A stretch of DNA of 64,000 nucleotides, taken from Bifidobacteriaceae bacterium (GTDB lineage Bacteria; Actinomycetota; Actinomycetes; Actinomycetales; WQXJ01). Under the pieces are notes generated by a model. It was not told where the DNA came from. It did not search any database and saw only the letters and a program-made list of their open reading frames with translations. Location of the stretch: positions 3,621 through 67,620 of the forward strand of contig JAISXH010000026.1 of assembly GCA_031270825.1 (NCBI GenBank). The letters are read 5' to 3'. Numbering within the stretch: the first letter of the stretch is position 1; the number at the start of each line of letters is the position of its first letter. The position numbers and the translations under genes were made by a program. This document shows positions 56,718 to 64,000 of this stretch, piece after piece.

Positions 56718-59177
56718 GTGTTGGTCAGGCGCCACTGGAAGCTGCGAGGGGTGGTGCAAGGGGTCGGGTTCAGGCCGCATGTGGCGCGCGTCGCGGCCGA
56801 GCACGGCGTGACCGGCCTGGTCGGCAACGACCAGTCGACAGTGTTCATCGAAGCCCAAGGCACGCCCGCGCAGACCGACCAATTCATCGCGGCTGTGCTC
56901 GGCGGCCTGCCGCCGCTGGCCCACGTGGCCAGCACGAGCGCCGCCGCGGCCAAGGTGGTCGCCGAAGAGGACGCCTTCCGGATTGTGCCGTCGCGGCACA
57001 CCCCCGGCGCGCGCACGCTCATCCCGCCGGACGTGGCGCCCTGCGCGGACTGCCTTCGGGAGATGCATGACCCAGCCGACCGGCGCCACCGTTACCCGTT
57101 CATCACCTGCACCAACTGCGGGCCGCGGCTATCGATCATTCGTGACCTGCCCTACGACCGGCCCGCCACCACCATGGCCGCCTTCCCGATGTGCCCGGCC
57201 TGCGCGGCCGAATACCGCGACCCAGCCGACCGGCGCTACCACGCCCAGCCGATCTCCTGCTTCGATTGCGGACCGCGGCTGTGGCTGGCGGACGCCAACG
57301 GGACTGAACTCGCCACTTGGGAAGACGGCATCGGGCAAGCTCGTGAGATCCTGGCCGCAGGGGGGACCGTGGCGGTCAAGGGGATCGGCGGGTTCACGCT
57401 GTTCTGCGACGCGCGGCAGGCGCCAGCCGTTGCCCGGTTGCGCGAGCGCAAACGGCGTCCGGGCAAGCCGTTCGCCGTCATGGCGGCCAGCGCGGCCAGC
57501 GCGGCGCGCTTCGCCGACCTCTCGGCGGCGCAACTCCGCGAACTGGCAAGCCCGCAACGGCCGATCATCTTGGCGCCGATGAGCGCCGGATACGACCTCG
57601 CCACAGGCGTGGCGCCGGGGCTGGGCGATGTCGGGGTGATGCTGCCCTCGGCGCCGCTTCACCACTTGCTGGTCCAAGGCGAGGAGGTTTACGTCGCCAC
57701 CAGCGGCAATCTGGCCGGCGAACCGCTGCGCTACCAAAACGAAGCGGCCGTGGCCGATCTAGGTGCGATCGCAGACGCCTTCCTAACCCATGACCGGCCC
57801 ATTCACGTGCCGGTCGAGGATTCCGTGCTGCTGGCCGACGGCGCCACCATCCTGCCCATCCGCCGGTCGCGGGGCTACGCTCCGCTGCCGATCGCGCTCG
57901 AATGCTGGACCGCTCCCGCCAACGGCGCCGGCGCCGGCGCGGAATCTAGCGGCTTACCGTCTCCCACCGGCATTGAGTTGAACGGCGGCGATTCAGCCGA
58001 AGGGGGCGGTGGCGGGGCCGTGCTGGCGGTGGGGGGAGAACTCAAGAACACTTTCGCGGTCACCCGCGACGCGATGGCCTTCTTGTCGGCTCACATTGGC
58101 GACATGGAGTCGCCGGCAGCCCAGTTGGCGTTCGCGCGGTCCGTCCGCCAGCTCATCGCCATGCACGGCCGCGACGTCGAACTAGTGGTGGCGGACCTGC
58201 ATCCCGACTATGCCACCACCACCTGGGCGGAACGCTACTGCGCCGACCGGGACCTGCCGTTGATCCAGGTGCAGCATCACCACGCCCACGCGCTTAGTTT
58301 GCTGGCCGAACATCGGATCAGCCCCGACACCCGGGCTGTCGTGGCCGCCTTCGACGGCGCCGGCTACGGCCTGGACGGCGCGATCTGGGGCTCGGAGGTG
58401 CTGGCGCTGGGCGGAACGGCCGATCCGCTCGCTTTCGAGCGGATCTGGCACTTGGACGAATACTGGCTGCCCGGCGGAGACAGCGCGCAGGCCGCGCCGT
58501 GGAAATGCGCCGTCGCTTTGATGGATCAGTTGGGTCTGGACGGCTCTGGTCTGGACGGCTCCCCACTGCCGCCCCTGGCGGCGGCCTCGGCCCAGGAGGT
58601 CGCGCTGCTGCGCCAGCTGCCGGTCGCCGCCGCCAGCGGTCTTCCCGGTCTGATTCATCGCACCACCTCGGCGGGGCGGCTGTTTGACGCCGTGGCCTCG
58701 ATCTTGGGCGTGCGCCAACGCGTCACTTACGAAGCCCAAGCGGCCATGGAATTGGAACGCCTGGCGCGGAACTGCGTCCACGCCGAATGCGCGGCCTGGC
58801 GGCCCAGCGGCGATCCGAACGGCGGTCCGAATGGCGCTCTCGCCGTCCTGCTGGGCGCCGTGATCGGGGGAACCCGCAGGGGACAAGAGCGCGCTTGCCT
58901 GGCACGGCGGTTCCACTCTGGTTTGGCCGCGATCATCGCGGCGGCGCTGGTCAGTGCCGCCGAGAGGGAGGACGCCGAGGTGCTGGGACTGACCGGGGGG
59001 GTGTTCCAAAACCGGTTGCTGACCGGCGCGACGCTGGCGGCCGTGGCGGCCTTGACGGCATCGGGCTCCAAGAGTCGACCGGTCTTGACCCACCGCCTGG
59101 CGCCGGCGGGCGACGGCGGACTGGCGCTGGGCCAGGCGCGGGCCGGGCACTGCCTGTTGACCTGGGCCCAAAGCTGA
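56718..59177 (+). CDS. hypF: Carbamoyltransferase HypF
   Basis: GVVQGVGFRP, CADC..CTNCGPR, CPAC..CFDCGP, KGIGG, TSGN, ADLHPDY, QHHHAH, GDGGLALGQ. Confidence 0.97.
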   Translation: MLVRRHWKLRGVVQGVGFRPHVARVAAEHGVTGLVGNDQSTVFIEAQGTPAQTDQFIAAVLGGLPPLAHVASTSAAAAKVVAEEDAFRIVPSRHTPGARTLIPPDVAPCADCLREMHDPADRRHRYPFITCTNCGPRLSIIRDLPYDRPATTMAAFPMCPACAAEYRDPADRRYHAQPISCFDCGPRLWLADANGTELATWEDGIGQAREILAAGGTVAVKGIGGFTLFCDARQAPAVARLRERKRRPGKPFAVMAASAASAARFADLSAAQLRELASPQRPIILAPMSAGYDLATGVAPGLGDVGVMLPSAPLHHLLVQGEEVYVATSGNLAGEPLRYQNEAAVADLGAIADAFLTHDRPIHVPVEDSVLLADGATILPIRRSRGYAPLPIALECWTAPANGAGAGAESSGLPSPTGIELNGGDSAEGGGGGAVLAVGGELKNTFAVTRDAMAFLSAHIGDMESPAAQLAFARSVRQLIAMHGRDVELVVADLHPDYATTTWAERYCADRDLPLIQVQHHHAHALSLLAEHRISPDTRAVVAAFDGAGYGLDGAIWGSEVLALGGTADPLAFERIWHLDEYWLPGGDSAQAAPWKCAVALMDQLGLDGSGLDGSPLPPLAAASAQEVALLRQLPVAAASGLPGLIHRTTSAGRLFDAVASILGVRQRVTYEAQAAMELERLARNCVHAECAAWRPSGDPNGGPNGALAVLLGAVIGGTRRGQERACLARRFHSGLAAIIAAALVSAAEREDAEVLGLTGGVFQNRLLTGATLAAVAALTASGSKSRPVLTHRLAPAGDGGLALGQARAGHCLLTWAQS

Positions 59178-59372
59178 CCTGACAGCGGGTCGCTGCCGGC
59201 CATCGCTGTGTACGGCGCCGTCACTCATGGCCATGGCGGCTGCGCCACGCGGCGGACCTGAAAGGGAACGCTCCCGCCGGCCGCAGGTCCACCGCCCGAC
59301 CTCCAGTCTGATCGCGCTTGCCCAGGCCACGGCGCGAGCGGCGCCAGGCCGTCAGCCTGCACAGGCCGCTGG

Positions 59373-60200
59373 TCAGACGTTCAGGTAGTGCCCAAAGAAG
59401 CGAATCGTCTCCTCGAAGACATCCTCTATGTAGCCGGTCGCATGGCGCCGGCCCTCTAGCAGCACAGTCCGCGAGGGCAACCCCGCCCGCATCATGGTGG
59501 TCGCGGCGATCAACATCTCCTCCGGCGGGACCAGTTCGTCCAGCGAATTGGCGAAGAACATCGGCCCGGTCTCAGCCGTGACACGGCCGATCGGCGTGGC
59601 CACATCGAGACCGTCAAGGTCCGGCCCCAACAGGTTGAACACCAGCCACTTGTAGTAGCCCGGATCGGCGCCGCCCTGGTCGATCTGCGCGCTGGCGGCC
59701 GAACTGTCCATCACCGCCTGGTGGGGCGTGGCGTCGCCATGCCGGGCCATGAAACCGGCCAGGTCCAGCAGACCCGACCAGGAGGCCCCGGGGATGCCCA
59801 AGGACAACGCCAATTCAAAGGCCAGATTCCCGCCCGAGGATCCCCCGATCGCCCCGATGCGCTCGCGGTCGAATGACAGCGCTGTCGCCCCCTTGAGCCA
59901 ACTCACCGCCGCCAACATGTCATCCACCTGGGTCGGATACAGATTGACGCCGGCGGCCCCGTCCGCGAAACGATAGTTTGGCGCGGCCACCAGATAGCCC
60001 GCGGCGGCCAGCCGCCGCGCCATCGCCGCCTCCTTGGACTTGTCGCCCTGGAACCAGCCGCCGCCATGGATGTCGAGCAGCAAGGCGCCGTTGGCGTCAG
60101 CCGGGTGATAGAGGTCTAGGCGATGCTTCGGATCAGGCCCGTACACCCGGTCGCTATCGACCGCGGTGGCGGCGCCTCCAGTCATCGCTGTGTCATTCAT
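59373..60200 (-). CDS. Alpha/beta hydrolase (HSL-like esterase)
   Basis: HGGGW oxyanion motif, GGSSGG nucleophile elbow, DELVP, RH. Confidence 0.88.
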   Translation of the reverse strand: MNDTAMTGGAATAVDSDRVYGPDPKHRLDLYHPADANGALLLDIHGGGWFQGDKSKEAAMARRLAAAGYLVAAPNYRFADGAAGVNLYPTQVDDMLAAVSWLKGATALSFDRERIGAIGGSSGGNLAFELALSLGIPGASWSGLLDLAGFMARHGDATPHQAVMDSSAASAQIDQGGADPGYYKWLVFNLLGPDLDGLDVATPIGRVTAETGPMFFANSLDELVPPEEMLIAATTMMRAGLPSRTVLLEGRRHATGYIEDVFEETIRFFGHYLNV

Positions 60201-60263
60201 GACGACTACGCTCGCACATCCACCCTGGCCCCGCCCTGCGGCGGCGGAGCCGTCTCGCGGCCC

Positions 60264-60398
60264 AGGAGCGTGGTGAATAACCACGCTCCGACCGTGTTGA
60301 CGCCGGGCAGCGGGACGCTGACCGGCGGAAACGCGGAAGGCAAAGGCTGCTTCGGCCTGGGAAACCGGTTTGTTCGGTTTGTTCACCGGTTTCCCAGG
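60264..60398 (-). repeat. Dispersed ~125 bp structured element, copy C (inverted)
   Basis: aggagcgtggtgaataaccacgctccgaccgtgttgacg..gcagcgggacgctgaccggcggaaacgcggaaggcaaaggctgcttcggcctgggaaaccggtt. Confidence 0.9.
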
Positions 60399-60437
60399 CA
60401 GATCGACCCGGCGGCGGTTAATGGCAGGCTAGAGGAC

Positions 60438-61682
60438 GTGTCTGAAACGCTGCCGATGCGTTCCCGCTTGGCCATTGCCGCTGGAAGGGCCGCTTCGGCG
60501 GCCTCGCGCGCGGTCGGCCGGGGGCGGGGACAGGTGATCGGCGGGCGGGTGATGCTGAAGATCGACCCGTCCCTGGTCCAGCGGCTGGCGTCCTCCATGC
60601 AGGTGACCGCGGTCAGCGCCACCAACGGCAAGTCCACCACGACACGCATGATCGCCGAAGCGCTGCGCACGTTGGGGCCGGTGGCCCACAACCTGACCGG
60701 CGCGAACATGGCGGCCGGGGTGGTGACGGCGCTGTCCTCCTCACGCCAGGCCCGGTTCGCCGCCCTCGAAGTCGATGAGGCCCACCTGCCGTCCGTGGCC
60801 GCGGCCACCGCCGCCAGCCAGCTGGTGCTGATGAACCTCAGCCGCGACCAGTTGGACCGCGGCAGCGAGGTCCGAATGCTGGCCGAACGCTGGCGAGCGA
60901 TGGCGCAAGACCTAGGACCGCAGGTCGAGGTGGTGGCCAACGCCGACGACCCGATGGTGGCCTGGGCCGCCAGCGCCGCGCCCAACGTCACCTGGGTCGG
61001 GTGCGGCCAGTGGTGGGGCGAGGATTCGGCGCTCTGCCCCAACTGCGGCGCCACCTTGGACCGGTCCGGCGCCAGTTGGTCTTGTCCCCAGTGTGGGTTC
61101 GCCCGCCCCGACGCGCGGTGGTACTTGACGCCCGATGCCGCCGAGGTCGTCACTCCCACGGCCACCGTCCGTCCGCAGTTGGCTTTGCCAGGCCGCTTCA
61201 ATGTCGCCAACGCGGCCATCGCGCTGGCCGCCGTGTCCGCCCGCGGAGTCGCCCTGGACGCCGCACTTGCGGCGTTCGCGCAGGTCACAGACGTCGATGG
61301 ACGATATGTGCGCTCCAGTGTGGAGGGCCATGAAGCCAGGTTGCTGCTGGGCAAGAATCCCGCCAGTTGGACCGAGATGATGCAGCTGGTGGCTGATTCG
61401 CCAGCCCTGTTGGTGACCGTGCTGAACGCGCGCGGCGCCGACGGCCGCGACCCCTCTTGGATCTGGGACGTCCCCGTCGAGGAGTGGGCCGGCCGGCCCT
61501 GCTGGGTGGCGGGCGAGCGCCGATTCGACCTGGCGGTCCGGCTCGACACCGCCGGCCTGGAAGTGCTGGGCGTCAGCCTGGACCCGCTGGCCGCCGTGGA
61601 ACAAGCCGCACCTGGTCAAGCGTTGGACGTGGTGGCCAACTACACGGCCTTCCAAGAACTGCGAGCGCGGGTGGTGAAATGA
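60438..61682 (+). CDS. murT: Lipid II isoglutaminyl synthase subunit MurT
   Basis: SATNGKSTT, GANM, LEVDE, NLSRDQLDR, CPNC..CPQC, KNP, DGRDPSWIWDV, ANYTAF. Confidence 0.93.
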   Translation: MSETLPMRSRLAIAAGRAASAASRAVGRGRGQVIGGRVMLKIDPSLVQRLASSMQVTAVSATNGKSTTTRMIAEALRTLGPVAHNLTGANMAAGVVTALSSSRQARFAALEVDEAHLPSVAAATAASQLVLMNLSRDQLDRGSEVRMLAERWRAMAQDLGPQVEVVANADDPMVAWAASAAPNVTWVGCGQWWGEDSALCPNCGATLDRSGASWSCPQCGFARPDARWYLTPDAAEVVTPTATVRPQLALPGRFNVANAAIALAAVSARGVALDAALAAFAQVTDVDGRYVRSSVEGHEARLLLGKNPASWTEMMQLVADSPALLVTVLNARGADGRDPSWIWDVPVEEWAGRPCWVAGERRFDLAVRLDTAGLEVLGVSLDPLAAVEQAAPGQALDVVANYTAFQELRARVVK

Positions 61683-62680
61683 CTGACGATCAGCCCTCGA
61701 TCGAATGGGGGACAGGCCCCGACACGATCAGCCGCGAACCGACCGGAGGCCCGACATCCGTCGTTGTCCGGCGCGGCTTGGCAGCCAGCCCCGGCCCGGG
61801 CCGGCTGAAGCGCTCCCCCGGAGGCGAGACGGTCGGCATCGTGCATCTGTACCCCACCTTGATGGGGACTTATGGCGACGGCGGAAACCTGAAGGTGTTG
61901 GCGCGCCGCCTGGCCGCGCGCGGGCTGTCGGCGCGGGTGATCACCGTGGGGCCGGGCGAGCCGGTGCCGGAATCGGCCGATTTGTATGTCCTGGGCGGCG
62001 GCGAGGACGCCTCGCAGATCGCGGCCAGCCGGGCGCTGCGTGAATCGGGGGCGCTCGGCCGGGCCGCCGAACGCGGCGCGGCGATCTTCGCCGTCTGTGC
62101 CGGACTGCAGGTCATGGGGCATGATTTCGAGGTCTCTGGCGGACTGATCGAGCCGGGCCTGGGCCTGCTCGACGCGACCACCCGACGGCGCCGCCCCCGG
62201 GCCGTTGGCGAGGTCCTGGCCAGACCGTTGATTCCGCTGGGGGTCAACTCTCTGGACCGGTTGAGCGAACCGGGCGGCTGCGCGGCGCTGGATCGGCCGA
62301 CCGGCCGCCAAGAGTCGATTCCGGGTGGCCAGGTGGATCGCTATCCACTGCTGACCGGCTACGAAAACCATGGCGGCGGCACCGCTCTGGGGCCGGCGGC
62401 GCGGCCGCTGGCCGAGGTGATCCGGGGGATCGGCAACGGCGCCGGCGGCCCCGACGGCGACGGCGCCGAAGGCGCCGTCCAAGGCCGCATCCTGGCGACC
62501 TACCTCCATGGGCCGGTTTTGGCCCGCAATCCGGGCCTCGCCGATCACCTCCTCGAACTGGCCGTCAACGCCGAACTCCAGCCATTCGAAGCCGCCCACG
62601 TCGATCAGCTTCGCGCCGAACGCGAACAATACGTCCGCTCCGGCAAACTGTCGGCCGAATCCGTCCGCACCCCGAAGTGA
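61679..62680 (+). CDS. gatD: Glutamine amidotransferase GatD (CobQ-like)
   Basis: HLYPTLMGTYGDGGN, GGGED, AVCAGLQ, GYENHGG, TYLHGPVLARNP. Confidence 0.93.
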   Translation: MTDDQPSIEWGTGPDTISREPTGGPTSVVVRRGLAASPGPGRLKRSPGGETVGIVHLYPTLMGTYGDGGNLKVLARRLAARGLSARVITVGPGEPVPESADLYVLGGGEDASQIAASRALRESGALGRAAERGAAIFAVCAGLQVMGHDFEVSGGLIEPGLGLLDATTRRRRPRAVGEVLARPLIPLGVNSLDRLSEPGGCAALDRPTGRQESIPGGQVDRYPLLTGYENHGGGTALGPAARPLAEVIRGIGNGAGGPDGDGAEGAVQGRILATYLHGPVLARNPGLADHLLELAVNAELQPFEAAHVDQLRAEREQYVRSGKLSAESVRTPK

Positions 62681-62928
62681 ACCCGCCGCCGGCGTCCGGC
62701 CGGTAGGCCCGCCGAGGCGTTCACCCAGGTACGCGCACTCCGACCGGCTTCCGATTGGCACGTGTGCCGAGCCAAGACCCCGACCCGGGTAGACGCACAG
62801 GCCGGGCGGCGCGCGGCCGGCAGGCGCGCCGAACCGAGGCGTTCACCCAGCCAGCCACACTCCCCGGGCGGCGCCCGGCCACTAGGCTAGGTCGCATCCA
62901 TGACAGACCCGAGGTGCGAAGGACGGCG

Positions 62929-64000
62929 ATGACCGCGCCAGGCCAGACCAACCCAGATCAAATCAACGCCACCCCGGATCAGGCCCACCCCGGCCACCGC
63001 GATGGCGTCTCCACGCCAGCCGGCCGCGTCGACACCGTGGCACGGGCCGCGGCCAGCCCGGACGCCAAGCAGCCGTGGCGCGAGTTGGGGCTCAAAGAAG
63101 ACGAGTACCAGCGCATCCGGCAGATTCTGGGGCGGCGGCCGACCGGCGCGGAATTGGCCATGTACTCAGTCATGTGGTCGGAGCACTGCTCTTACAAGTC
63201 CTCGAAACTGCACATCAAACGCCAATTCGGGGCCAAGACCAGCGACCAGATGCGGGAACGGCTGATGGTCGGTATCGGCGAGAACGCCGGCGTGGTCGAC
63301 ATCGGCGACGGCTGGGCTGTCACCTTCAAGATCGAATCGCACAACCACCCCTCGTTTGTTGAGCCGTATCAGGGGGCCGCCACCGGCGTGGGCGGGATTG
63401 TGCGCGACATCATGGCGATGGGCGCCCGGCCGGTGGCGGTGATGGACCAACTCCGGTTCGGACGGATCGACCATCCCGACACCGCGCGGGTGGTGCACGG
63501 CGTGGTGGCCGGGATTGGCGGCTACGGCAACTGTCTGGGCCTGCCTAACATTGGCGGAGAAACCGTCTTCGACCCCTCATACCAAGGAAACCCCCTGGTC
63601 AACGCCACCTGTGTGGGGGTGTTACGGCATCAGGACCTGCATTTGGCCAACGCTTGCGGAGTGGGCAACCTGGTGGTCATGTTCGGGGCCCGAACCGGCG
63701 GCGACGGGATCGGCGGGGCGTCGGTGCTGGCCAGCGAGACATTCGCGGCGGACGGCCCGTCGAAGCGGCCGTCGGTGCAAGTCGGAGACCCCTTCCAGGA
63801 GAAGGTGCTGATCGAGTGCTGCCTGGAGCTGTTCCAGGCCGGTGTCGTGGAGGGCATATCCGATTTCGGCGCGGCCGGGCTCAGCTGCGCCACCTCCGAA
63901 CTGGCGGCTGCCGGCGAGGGCGGGATGCACGTCGACCTGGACAAAGTGGCGCTGCGCGATCCGACTCTGACGCCGGAGGAAATCCTCATGTCGGAGTCGC
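62929..64000 (+). CDS. purL: Phosphoribosylformylglycinamidine synthase subunit PurL (runs off the window end)
   Basis: [57 protein letters not shown]. Confidence 0.97.
   Translation, partial: MTAPGQTNPDQINATPDQAHPGHRDGVSTPAGRVDTVARAAASPDAKQPWRELGLKEDEYQRIRQILGRRPTGAELAMYSVMWSEHCSYKSSKLHIKRQFGAKTSDQMRERLMVGIGENAGVVDIGDGWAVTFKIESHNHPSFVEPYQGAATGVGGIVRDIMAMGARPVAVMDQLRFGRIDHPDTARVVHGVVAGIGGYGNCLGLPNIGGETVFDPSYQGNPLVNATCVGVLRHQDLHLANACGVGNLVVMFGARTGGDGIGGASVLASETFAADGPSKRPSVQVGDPFQEKVLIECCLELFQAGVVEGISDFGAAGLSCATSELAAAGEGGMHVDLDKVALRDPTLTPEEILMSES

Noticed and set aside
59373-60386. Long N-terminal extensions of the esterase, MurT, SerS, NikM, SRAP and HypB in the ORF track
   Set aside because: They run through repeats, a tRNA, an IS scar or neighbouring genes; downstream starts fit the family N-termini and RBS/-10 signals

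Overview
High-GC actinobacterial chromosome segment (actinobacterial core genes ino1/PadR, DUF5926, pheA, serS, murT/gatD, purL; many TANNNT-6/7nt-start leaderless-type promoters). From left to right it holds: (i) an accessory regulator/transporter islet (MarR-flavodoxin, CPBP-TetR-MFS-ABC, GNAT); (ii) a decayed mobile-element remnant in which an LPXTG surface protein has IS3 transposase fragments fused in frame at its N-terminus and is coupled to a frameshifted phage-type N6-adenine methyltransferase that the ORF track misses; (iii) a vWA-lipoprotein / membrane protein / TelA operon; (iv) TetR plus a 2-hydroxyacyl-CoA dehydratase activase fusion, an amine-dehydrogenase-like gene and an AAA-DUF4143 ATPase; (v) tRNA-Thr, a putative secreted bacteriocin plus immunity pair, two DsbA paralogues and MauE/DoxX; (vi) an intact type I HsdR homologue that has lost every recognisable catalytic motif; (vii) housekeeping genes, SRAP and tRNA-Gly; (viii) a ~14 kb group 1 [NiFe]-hydrogenase island (nikM, hyaABCD, two hypA, hypB, hypC, hypF, its own tatABC, no hypD/hypE in the window); (ix) murT-gatD-purL. 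The most striking signals are the hydrogenase cytochrome b fused to a P-type-ATPase nucleotide-binding (N)-domain-like module, an orphan second large-subunit-like protein next to hypC, the pseudo-HsdR, and a ~125 bp structured element present in three intergenic copies. No CRISPR array or rRNA was seen. All family calls come from motif recognition by eye, not database searches.
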